DNA from: Tricharina praecox
Lineage: Eukaryota
DNA: 64,000 nt
Direction of reading: 5' to 3'
NCBI RefSeq assembly: GCF_024521635.1
Contig: NW_026250404.1
Coordinates: 1,612,001-1,676,000 of the forward strand
Positions 1-10,887 of this stretch are shown piece after piece; the stretch's first letter is position 1, and the number at the start of each line of letters is the position of its first letter. The notes beneath the pieces were generated by a model. That model was not told the DNA's origin. It worked only from the letters and a program-made list of their open reading frames with translations, and did no database searches. The position numbers and the translations under genes are program-made.

Positions 1-1885
1 GGTCTCGATGACCGTGGTATCGTTATACTTATGATCGACGAGAAGATGGATCCACAGGTTGCCCGTAACATCGTCAAGGGAGAGCAGGACCGCCTGAACT
101 CGGCGTTTTACCTGGGATACAACATGATTCTGAACTTGATCAGGGTGGAGGGAGTTTCGCCCGAGATGATGCTTGAGAAATGTTTCTATCAGTTCCAGAA
201 TACTGCCGGTGTATCTGTGCTAGAGAAGGGTAATATATCCTTTGCATTATATGGTGTGATTATGATGCTAACGACGAGCTAGAACTTGGCGAATTGGAAC
301 GGGAAAAGTCCCTTATTTCGATCGACGACGAGGCCACGGTACGAGAGTACTATGACTTACGGCAGAAACTTGACATGTATGCGAAGGACATGAGGGATGT
401 CATCAACCACCCAAGCTATTGTCTCAAGTTCATGCAGCCCGGCCGTCTCGTCAAAGTCAAGTACGGCAATCACGATTTCGGCTGGGGAGCTGTCGTTGCT
501 TATTCCAAGCGAGCACGCGGCAAGGTAAGCACCCGATGGCTTCGCTATTCTTGCTCACACTAATTCCGTCTAGGAGGAGTTCTCACCCCAAGAGAGTTAC
601 GTTGTGGATGTCCTCTTGTGCGTCGCGCAGGACGCTCCTACATACACAAGGTCGAATCCCGACTTGCCACCGGGCGTCCGGCCACCTGCTGAGGGTGACA
701 ATGGAAAGATGGAAGTCGTTCCAGTGTTGCTCTCATGCCTGGATGGTATCTCAGGACTCAGGATTTTCCTTCCCAATGATATGAAGCAAGCCGAGCAGCG
801 AAATACCGCCAGGAAGAATATTGATGAGATCAAGCGCAGATTCGGTGATGGAATATCAATCCTTGACCCTGTCGAGAACATGAAGATTACAGACGATTCC
901 TTCAGAGCTCTTCTCCGCGTAAGTCCCTTTTAGCTGGAATGCGTGTTACCCCGTAGCTAACTTGCTTTTCAGAAAATCGAGGTCCTCGAGTCGAAGTTGC
1001 TCGTGAATCCCTTGCACAACTCTCCTCGTCTTGTCGATCTCTACAACAAATATAGCTACAAGATGGAAATCACCGAGAAAATGAAAGCTACCAAGAAGAA
1101 GATCACGGTTGCTCATTCAATCATGCAGCTGGATGAATTGAAGTGCAGAAAGAGGGTGCTTAGACGGTTGGGGTTCATCAGTGACACTGATATCGTTCAG
1201 CTCAAGGCGAGGTTGGTCACTCCGGATGTTATAGGTATTATGGCCGTTACTGACGTATCTACAGAGTTGCCTGTGAAATCAGCTCCGGGGACGAACTGTT
1301 GCTTAGCGAGCTGCTGTTCAACCGGGTGTTCAACGAGCTTAGTCCTGAGCTGACCGCCGCACTTCTCAGCTGCTTCGTCTTTGAGGAGAAGAGTAATAAT
1401 GAGCTGCAGTTGAAGGAGGAACTTGCCGTGCCGTTTAGAGAACTGCAGGCGCAAGCCAAGCTGATTGCCAAGATATCGACCGAGAGCAAGTTGGCCGCCA
1501 TGACAGAAGACGAATACGTGCAGAAGTTCAAGCCGCAGTTGATGGAGGTTGTCTACGAGTGGTCGAAGGGGGCTTCTTTCTCGGCTATATGGTGAGACTT
1601 CCAATCCTTTATCATAAAGTTTATTATTTGCTAATACTTTTCCAGTAAAATGACCGACGTCTACGAAGGCAGCTTGATTCGTATGTTCCGTCGTCTCGAG
1701 GAATTGTTGCGACAAATGGCTCAGGCTGCGAGGGTCATGGGCAGTGATGAGCTGGAGAAGAAGTTTGAGGAGTCGCTGTCCAAGGTTAAACGAGGTGAGT
1801 TATCCCCATTACAGAATAAGCGGACCTTTCACTGACACCCTCTGTCTCTTCAGACATCGTTGCCGCTGCTTCACTCTACCTGTAG
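1..1885 (+). CDS. MTR4: Ski2-like RNA helicase Mtr4/Dob1 (exosome/TRAMP cofactor), 3' part; multi-exon, 5' end outside window
   Basis: Spliced translation gives [30 protein letters not shown], the KOW/arch region ([14 protein letters not shown]), [14 protein letters not shown], the DSHCT segment [23 protein letters not shown] and the C-terminal [10 protein letters not shown] (TAG 1883-1885). GT-AG introns separate the ORF fragments. Confidence 0.95.
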
Positions 1886-2298
1886 ATGTGTCGACATATG
1901 AGACAAGTTTGTATATACCTTACGCCTAAACTGCTCGGAGTTTTTGATTGCAAACGGTAACCTAATGAACGAACGTACGTACGGAGAGCCAAAGGATTGT
2001 CATGATTGCGTTCTTTATTTCGGGGGACCTTACATGCTGGTTTTCGTGGTTGATTTTACGTGTGAAGACGTCTCTCTTATGGTTCTTTGTCTGGACTTTC
2101 CAAAAAGCATGGCCCTGCATAGAGTAGATTTAGTCTGGGGCTGTTTCCTTATCCTGAAGCGTTGAGATCAAAATTGTTCGCATCTGCAATGTTCTGTGCT
2201 GCAGAAACGCCAAGACAATGACCCAATTTACACGTTGGTAGCGTGGGTTACCCGACAGCGCGTATCGCCCCAAGTCGTCACGTCTCCCCGGCGACCTC

Positions 2299-2304
2299 AC
2301 GCGT
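2299..2304. promoter_or_regulatory. MluI cell-cycle box (MCB, ACGCGT) upstream of RAD52
   Basis: Perfect ACGCGT ~55 bp upstream of the RAD52 ATG, with a second CGCGT core near 2259. MBF control of repair genes is established in yeasts; function here is inferred. Confidence 0.5.
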
Positions 2305-2359
2305 TCCTTCCCACAAGCTTTCTAAAGCTTACCTGTAATCTCAACAGCACACTGCAGCC

Positions 2360-4399
2360 ATGCATCCAGGCGACCAACACAAGCTCCCGGGCTACACCCA
2401 GAATCCGTACGAGGAGAAGCAGATATCACCCTACACCGCGATCGAGATTGCGACGCTGCAGGCAAAGCTAGATCAACAGCTAGGGCCGGAATTCATCTCG
2501 TCCAGGCCGGGTGCGGGTGGAAAGAAGGTCCATTATATCCAGGCCGAGAAATGCATCAACCTGGCGAACCAGGTCTTTGGCTTCAATGGATGGTCGAGTA
2601 GTATCACGAATATGGAGGTCGATTTTGTATGTTGCCCCTCTCCTCCCTCCTCCCCGTCGCGAGCTAGATGGCATGGCATAGATGAGGAGGCTGACCGGTA
2701 ACTGGATAGCTTGATCAATCGAAAGACAGCAAGTGGAGCATCGGCATATCAGTCACGGTTCGGGTCACACTCAAGGACGGGACGTTCCATGAAGATGTTG
2801 GGTACGGCCAAATGGAGAACGGAAAGAAGGCACAGGTTTTTGAGAAGGCAAAGAAAGAGGGAACCACAGATGGTCTCAAGAGAGCACTGCGATCGTTCGG
2901 AAACGTCCTCGGGAACTGTCTCTACGATAAGGACTATTTGGCAAAGATCACCCGAGTGAAGGCACCGCCTGTGAGTCGGATCGAGTGCTGGATGTCGTTG
3001 TTTCGGTGACTGAGACGTGTGCAGACTGTGTTCAACGAGAAGAGACTACACCGACATGGCGATGAAATGAAGCCCAGCCCTGTGGAACAACAAACAGTAA
3101 AAAACGAGTCGGTGACTGCTCCCCCGACTTTGGCCACGAAGGAAGTAGCTACCCCCCTAGGTATGTCACAAAGCTATTCTTGCAGTGTATATACTGGGCT
3201 GACGCTTATCAATTTCTCCCAGAGCCATTTGACGAGTACGGTGGAGATGAGCTCGAGGAGTTGGGGATATTTGCTGGAGACGACAGTGTCTTTGACGATG
3301 TGATGCCCGACGAGGTCGCCGTCGACGTAAGGGATAATAGTCCTATCGATACACCATCAAAACCTGCTCCTGTACAAAGCACAAATTATACACGACCCCA
3401 ACCACAGCAACCGCCACAATCTCCAACCAAGATGCCTCAGCCGCGTCAACAGCCAGCACCAGTGCGTTCGTATGCACCTCCTCCACCAATCGCTGCCCCT
3501 CTCAGGCCGGGTCAAGGCACGAACTTGGGTCCTCAACAAGGCCCAGGCCCACATGCTCAGTCAAGGCCGGTGTCTAGGCCTCCAGCTCAAGGACCTCAAG
3601 GCCGCCCAGGTATGCCACCTACCAATCGAGCAACTCCTGGGGCGACCACCACCCCGCGACCTCAACAACCTCCCCAGGCTGCCCCACGGGCCCAGCCGCC
3701 GCCTCAGGCCGCTTTACGAGCCCCACCACCTCCCCAAGCCGGCCCACGTCAACAACCTCCTGCTCCAACTGTACCGCGAGCTCCACAGCCTCCTCCCCAA
3801 GCTGTTCCGCGAGCTCAACCACCTCCCCAGCCCACCAACCACCAGCCCGCTGCCGCACCTATTGACCCTATGCCTCAACCCCCAAGCACCCCCTCCAATA
3901 TCCCGCACAACCCCCCGATAGGCTTCTTCACCGGCCGGGCCGCCATGAACCTCAAAAGCGAGCAAGACATGATCCCCGACGCGGCACCAGCTTTCAACCC
4001 ACACCGTCCCACCACACTCCCCCGTTCCGCAGGAATAGACCACAGCAAGTCCTCGCCCGTTCCCCGGAAAGTTCTGCAGCAGGGTGGAACACCCAACTTC
4101 CAGCACCCAAGCTTAACCCCCGGACGACAAATCGGCATGCCACCTGGACGGGGCGGATTCCGTGCTCCCGGACTGGCCGCGGGAACGAAGCGGAGTGCGG
4201 ATGCTACTGGGTACATATAACTCCACCCCCCCCCCCCCCCCCCCCCCTATCAAACCTCCCAGATCTCCCGTCCGTATATAAGCAATAACTAATTCAATCT
4301 ACCAGCGGCAGACCAGCATTGGGAAACACACCTGGACACCAACTGAACGGCCAACCACACCCGAACGGAGGTAACGATCCGAAGAGACCAAGGAACTGA
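2360..4399 (+). CDS. RAD52: Rad52/Rad22 recombination mediator; multi-exon
   Basis: Rad52 domain motifs [38 protein letters not shown] and [34 protein letters not shown]. Pro/Gln-rich C-terminus; last exon after the intron starting at 4211 ends DPKRPRN* (TGA 4397-4399). Confidence 0.95.
4226..4247. repeat. C22 homopolymer in last RAD52 intron
   Basis: Run of 22 C's read directly, inside the intron that begins GTACAT at 4211. Confidence 0.85.
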
Positions 4400-4986
4400 A
4401 TCGATGTTTGATTATTATTAATATTGTTAGGAGCATTTCTTTTTGCTTGGGCTTCTCTAGAGGGCGTTCTTTGATGATGCTGGTACTGAACTTAGGGGGG
4501 AATTTGATCGGATGCTTTACTTCCACTTTTATTTTTACTTTATTGCTAGCTTGTTTGTTTGTTTGTTACATCTTGCTTTACCTTATAATGTTTTTCTGGC
4601 CTGTTACTCTCACATGAACTTTCATCACATCACATCACTAGAAGCGTGTTAGGTATGGTCAAAAATTTACTTCAACTCAACACCATCACCACTAAAGCCT
4701 GCCCCCCCTTAAGAAACACGCAAGGAAAGGAAACAATACAACGGACGGGCGGAGGGTATGCGCTTTAATACAGCAGCAGACAAAAAGCAGACACAGAAAG
4801 GTAAGGGAACAAATATTCATGAGGTATTATAAAACAGGCACAGCAACGACATGTCGGTCGCTCGTAAACCAAGAAAGAAAAAGAAAAAAAACGGTGCAAA
4901 CAAAAGATGAGTTCGAGGTTGGTTTGATCTGCTTCCACTCGACTTCTCTCTCCTCCCCTCTGACCCCCTGCTACCAGGTACACAGC

Positions 4987-6248
4987 TTAGTACCCGTTGA
5001 TCGTCATCCTCTGCTGCGAGCCCCGGCTCAGCTCCCTGTCAGCGGAAGGAGAGATGGGCCTGCTGCTTCCTGCACCGGCGGCGCTCGACTCCTTGAGGGC
5101 CAGCAGCTGCTTGGCGCGGAAGGTCTCGTAGTGGATCTGGGAGGTAGTCTCGATCAGGTCCTGGAGGTGTGTGCGCGTGAGGAAGTTGCGCAGGTAGACG
5201 AATTCACAGTGGGCCTCGTTCTCAACTATCAACTGTTAGACTATGAAAAGTAGGAAGGGAGGAAGATAGGTGAGTACCATTGATAACACCCCATCTGTTC
5301 TGTCGTCCGCGCACTTGCTTGCCCTCAACGATAATGGACTTCTCGGAGCCCACGACGGCGAACGGAATGATGTTCTTGATCTGGGCGTTGAGCGCGCGCT
5401 CCTCCTCGTCGAGCTCATCGTTGTCGTAGGGGTACATCTTCAGGTTGTGGAAGGCGAACTCCTCCTTAATTCGCTCCTTGAATGCGGCGCGCTCCTCCAT
5501 GGTCAGGGAGTCTGACTTCGCAATGACGGGAACGACGTTAACAACGTCGGATAGCTTCTTCAGGACTACGATGTCGATAGGCTTGAGACTGTGAAGGGCG
5601 GAGAGTTAGCGGGGCAATTATTGGTGGAGAGGGAGAGTAGCATACGCGTGTCCAGAGGGCTGGATGAAGAACAGACAGCAGTGAATACGGGTATCCTGGA
5701 TGTACCGTTCCCTCTGTGCAGTGAGCTCCTTTCGGAGGTAGGCAGAGTGCTGATCCTTGATGTACTTGACGATAGGATCCCAGCATCTGTCGTTGTTGAC
5801 TTGGTCTCCGTAACCGGGGGTATCGACAATATTCAGGCGAAGCCTAACGCCATTCTCCTCAATGACTATTGAGTACGATGTTAGAACATGTTCGTAGCTA
5901 TCGTTGACCAGTGTCCTTACTGTGGGAAACGGTCTGAATCTCGGTGGTGGATCGCACGGGCTCATCGGGGGTGAGACGGCCCTTCGAGTCGATGAGGTGC
6001 GAAGCAAAGATGGTGTTGATCAAGGTCGACTTTCCGAGACCCGTCTGGCCTGCACGACAACATTGTCAGCTCTCTCCAACTCCCGAAATAACAGCAGCCC
6101 AAAGCTTATTCCGACGACGACGGGGGCAATGCATACCAACGCATATCACGTTGAACTGGAAGCCACGCTTCAGAAGCTTGCGCTCAATCTGCGAGGTAAT
6201 GCTGTCGAAACCGACATGGCTCCTGGGGAAAACGACTGTTTGGGCCAT
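4987..6248 (-). CDS. CDC10: Septin Cdc10/AspD; multi-exon
   Basis: [76 protein letters not shown] and [24 protein letters not shown]. No C-terminal coiled coil, as expected for Cdc10. Confidence 0.95.
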
Positions 6249-6510
6249 TGCGATCGTAGAGGTATTGACGGAGGAATTGAGCCTTTTTTGGTGGGTCAGA
6301 CGTTTGTTGGCAGCAGGATGACGAGGGCTAGGGAGGGAGGGCAGGTGCTGGAGATGGGGGGGAGATGTAGGTAGATAGTAGTTGTGTAGGCGAGTGAGCA
6401 AGGTGGACGACGCGAAAAAGGGGAAGCGGAATGTCTGGGGGGGGGGGGTCAGGGTTCAGAGTTGTTGGTGGTTGTTGCCAAATAGCGCTAACGGGGGAGA
6501 TGCGTTTGCT

Positions 6511-6522
6511 GATTGGCCAATC
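6511..6522. promoter_or_regulatory. Palindromic double CCAAT box (GATTGGCCAATC) in the CDC10/MRPL32 divergent promoter
   Basis: Perfect 12-bp palindrome giving CCAAT on both strands, between two divergent start codons (6248 and 6690). Confidence 0.45.
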
Positions 6523-6689
6523 GTTGGATCAGTGACCAAAAATCCCCACGCCCGCAACCACCACTACCACACCATACATCGACGACACATCGAATTGGAC
6601 GTCAGATCCGTTCATTCAATTTCCCGCCACTGCGCCAACACTCTCCTCGCACTCGAGTGTATCTCTTCTCTCCGCGAAACGAAACAGTC

Positions 6690-7058
6690 ATGGCGACCAT
6701 GGCGATGTCAGCTACCCGGACCAGCACATTCTATGCGCTGAAGTCGTTCCTGCCGCGGTTGTCGCTGCCCGCCTTCGCCGTTCCCGTGGCCATACACCTC
6801 AACATTCCGGCGCTGCTCCCCGGCATCTTCGAATCGATCCTTCGCGCCGTCCCCAAGAAGAAGCAGTCTCACTCCAGGAAACGTATGCGACAGTTGGCCG
6901 GAAAGGCACTGAAGGATGTCAACGCGCTGGGCAGGTGCTCGTCGTGCGGGAAGGTCAAGCGGTCACATATCCTATGTGAGCACTGTGTGAGGGGCATCAG
7001 GGATATGTGGCTGGGAAAGGGCAACAAGGCAGAGGGGGAGGCGCAAGAGCACGCTTGA
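6690..7058 (+). CDS. MRPL32: Mitochondrial ribosomal protein bL32m
   Basis: Presequence-like N-terminus followed by AVPKKKQSHSRKRMR and a CxxC...HxxCxxC zinc motif (CSSCGKVKRSHILCEHC). Confidence 0.92.
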   Translation: MATMAMSATRTSTFYALKSFLPRLSLPAFAVPVAIHLNIPALLPGIFESILRAVPKKKQSHSRKRMRQLAGKALKDVNALGRCSSCGKVKRSHILCEHCVRGIRDMWLGKGNKAEGEAQEHA

Positions 7059-7403
7059 GGTGGGCCGAGTGAGGGGTACGCGGGTTGGGGACTGGAGAGT
7101 TGTAAAGCGATGGGATACGTTCATACTGGGAATCGGGACGGCTAGATCGACGGGGTACGATCGATGTGTATTATAACTCTAGAGCGCCGGGCGGGTTTGG
7201 TGATTGGCATATCGTAAACTTCTCGTCAAAATGGTTTCACCTTCTTGGAGTGCTGTCACGTGATTCATTGGTGGGGCTGTTTGGTGTAACCTCGAGCAAC
7301 AGCTTCATTACTCTACACGACCCTAAGCCGTCGCCTTGAGAACTTCACCACATCCACCTCTTCCCCCGACATAAGCCGGCCTCGCTCGCGCCTGCTTGTA
7401 GCA

Positions 7404-8685
7404 ATGGTAATCGATCAGCTCTTCGATTTATTTGTGTTGCTCTCCCGCTAACTCAGCAGTAACAGTCAAAACAATTCCTTACAGCCCATGTCGCAGAGGA
7501 CGGTGCGTGCTCCAGTCTAGTCTACTTTTGCTATCAACGATCTTACTGACGTCCTACTCGAACGAAGCCCATGAGTTCGACATCTTCGGCGTTGCTTTGA
7601 CCACTTCCTACGTCGTCACGGTCGGAGGCGATTCCAATGTCAAGTTATGGCAGACTGGTACGCAGGAGCATTCCCTAGTACACCAGTTCGCCGGTGCACA
7701 TCCATTGGGAGCCCATCATGTCGCAGTCAACAGAAACGACGGTTCTCGAGCAGCAACTGCTGGATTCGGCGGAGAGATCATTCTGTGGGACCTCGAGAAT
7801 CTAGAAAAGTTGCACCAGATCAAGGGCCAGAAGGGTACGAGCTTGAGTGGGGGGCCTGTCCAGCCTGAAAGACGGCTGACCATTGTCGCGCACAGGAACT
7901 GAAGGAACATGGGCTGTGGCGCTGTCGCCCACGGGTGACCGGCTGGCAGCGACGACCTGTGACGGAAAGATCAATGTCTGGGATAACACCAAACCGCAAG
8001 AAACCTTGATCACGTATGTGACGAAGGGAAGCTTTGGAATGACTGTCGATATCGTAAGTACCCCCGGTGTTCAACTTCCTCTCCGAGTTAACTGAAGTCT
8101 ATGCAGTCTCCAGATGGACACCTTATCGCGTCGGGACACGAGAATGGTGGTGTTTACATCTTCAATAACCTCACATCCAAGATTCATCACTCCCTCCATG
8201 GTATGTATTTCGTACGTCTACGGAAAGAGTAGTTCTGACTTGGCTTATCGTTAGGTCTGGTCAAGCCGGTTAGATGCGTCAAATTCTCTCCCGGCGGAAA
8301 GCTCCTCGCCGCATGCGGCGATTCCACCGTAGTTGCACTGTTTGATGTCGTATCTGGAGAGCAGGTTGCAAATCTCGCAGGTCACTCAAGCTGGGTGTTT
8401 TCCGTTGCCTGGAACTCTATTGGCGACCATCTGATTAGCGGGTACGAAACAACAGAAGTCCGACCAATCCCTATGATCGCGAGCTGACAGCTAGATAGCT
8501 CCTTTGACGGAAAAGTGAAGGTCTGGTCGGTGGACACTGGCTCGTGTGTGGCCACCCAGAACGAAGCTACAGCCGCTATACATACGGTGCAAAGCATCCC
8601 AAGGGGAGCGGGTATCGGAGAAGGATTCGTGGCTGCTGGTGCGAACAAGAGCATATACTACTACCGTGAGTCGGCCGGGGAATAG
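7404..8685 (+). CDS. SKI8: WD40 protein Ski8/Rec14 (Ski complex, meiotic DSB factor); multi-exon
   Basis: ATG-only first exon, then SKQFLTAHVAED.AHEFDIF, AHPLGAHHV, TKGSFGMTVDISPDG, GLVKPVRCVKFSPGGKLLAACGDS, GHSSWVFSVAWN and SFDGKVKVWS. Confidence 0.88.
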
Positions 8686-9123
8686 ATGCGAGTGGTTTGA
8701 GTATAGAAAGCCTTTGTAATTGATCTGCGGCGTGCGTAGCGCCGCAGCTGCCAGCCAGCATCACTTCTATTTTTACGTGAGAGCCGGTTTCTATTTTAGC
8801 ATCTAAACGCGTCAACCGCGCGGTGATGAGCACGGCTGCAGTGTGCACGAGTGAAACATGCGCTGCGCTACCTGAGACAAGCCAGGGTCGAGGCTGAGCC
8901 ATGAATCTCCTGAACTCTTCTAATCCATAATCCATCTCTCACCGTTCGCCCACCACCCATTTAGAAGCACCGCCTTCAGTCACTCCTTCGAAATCGGATA
9001 CCTCTCGTCGTTCTCTTGTTCTCTTCGTCTGTCACTCTTCCTTCAACTCCCATCTCACTCACACCCCCAACACACCCACCAACACAACTCCAAACCTTCA
9101 ACACCCCAGTTTTACCATCAACC

Positions 9124-9767
9124 ATGTTTAAGCTTAAGTTCCTCGCTACGCTTTTCATTGTGGGTCTTGCGACTCGCGTGTCATCCGCGACCCCTCCCGT
9201 ACGTACAATCTCAAGCTATCTCTGCAGATGCGAATTAGGGTTGACAGTTCCCTAGGCTTGTATTCTCGCTTGCGTCAACGAGGAGAAGTCGGTCAGCGAC
9301 ATCAAGGCAGTCTGCGCCGCCGAGTCCGCCCAGGAATGTCTTGCCGATAGTTGCGACAGCGGCGATTACAGTACTGCTCGCACCTACTTCGAGAATATCT
9401 GCAAGACTGGCGGTTATGAAGTCGGTATGTTCATCAAGACAGCCCTTGAGCTCCCTCCCGATCTGACGTGTCGACTAATGCCCTTCCTCGTCTATTCTAG
9501 CTAAAGCTGTTTCTGCTACCGCCAGCGGTACTGCTAAGCCTACTGCCAGCAGCGGAGCTTCGTGAGTTACCCGAAACATATGTGGCTAAGATGGATATAG
9601 AGATCTGACTGTTAAATAGTTCTACTCTTGGTACCGCATCCGCCAGTGCTTCCGCTGATGCCCCTAACGCGTCTTCCAGCTCTGCCGAGGGTGCCGGCAA
9701 TCGCATTATCGGCAATACTCCTCTATACGTTGGCTTGACTGCGATGGCCATCTTCGTCCTTGGCTAA
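9124..9767 (+). CDS. Secreted, probably GPI-anchored CFEM/Ccw14-like cell-wall protein; 3 introns
   Basis: Signal peptide MFKLKFLATLFIVGLATRVSSA; Cys-patterned TPPACILACV...VC...ECLADSC...FENIC; Ser/Thr/Ala-rich stalk; hydrophobic C-terminus LYVGLTAMAIFVLG*. Confidence 0.75.
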
Positions 9768-10052
9768 GGCACCATACCTCCTAAGTCCCTTTCTTGCGGC
9801 GGCAGAATACCACCATCGCGTGTACAGCATTCTTCACTGGTGATATTGGGCAGCATGGGTAAAGGTTAGCATAATAGCAGGTTCGGATAGAGGTTGTCTT
9901 CAGTGCGTTTGAGAATAGAGGTGTTTCTAAGGCGGGCTTTTGATTTCCCTCGTGCTCCCTCTATCGTGATCCGTACTGTACAAGTGTGATATGTGCATCT
10001 CTTCCCATCATCTTCCCACCAGCTTCCCACCACCTCCCCACCAGAAACGAGT

Positions 10053-10661
10053 TTAATCGGATTTGTTGTCTTTGAGATGATCCACCATTTTCTGCAACTC
10101 GGACTCTCCATCCTTCCGGAACTGTGTCACCTTCTTGATGTTCTTGAGCGTGAGGTCGGACAGGTCCTTCCCCTCAGTCGCACACCTTGCCACCGTCTTC
10201 GCCGTCAACGCGAATCGCATATCCTTCGGGCCGTCCACAAGCTCTAGGATAGCACTCGGCGCCTGATCCGTCTTCAGAGGTTCGATCCTCAGTACCCGCG
10301 TGTACCCTCCAGGCCGCTCCTTATAACGCTCCGCGATATCGCCAAACAATCTCGGGACCATATCTAACGGTGTCTAATATCGATTCCGCGATCAGTCACC
10401 CTTCCACCTTTTCTCCCCCCTCCCTCGCGCACGGCAACGGGGCAGAAATACGTAGAGAATCTGCTCAGCGCGTAGCCGCGAGGCATTGGTTCCCTTCTTT
10501 GCGAGAGTGATACATTTTTCGGCGAGACGCTGCGCTTCCTTCGCTTTCGGGTACGTGGTCGAGATCGATTCGTGTTCGAACAGCGAGGTAACGAGGTTGC
10601 GGAGGAGGGCTTGTCGGTGCGCGCTGTTGCGGCCGAGCATGCGGTGCTTTGTGTAGCCCAT
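10053..10661 (-). CDS. MRPL8: Mitochondrial ribosomal protein bL17m; 1 intron
   Basis: [50 protein letters not shown] and [30 protein letters not shown] are L17 signatures. Confidence 0.93.
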
Positions 10662-10887
10662 CGTGGTGGAATTGGAGGCGACGACGACGTTCGTTCGTGG
10701 AAGACGGGAATGGAGGTGAGCAGTGAGAAATGCTAGTTGGAAAATGGTGGGTTTTGAGCCGCCCCCGCTGATGTGCTAGTGGTAGTTAGTGGCCCTGCAC
10801 CATCGAGACATCCCACCGATGCACCACTAGCTACAGACGACGCAATTTTGGTCAACATAAACAACGGTTACGGGCTCTCTACAATTT

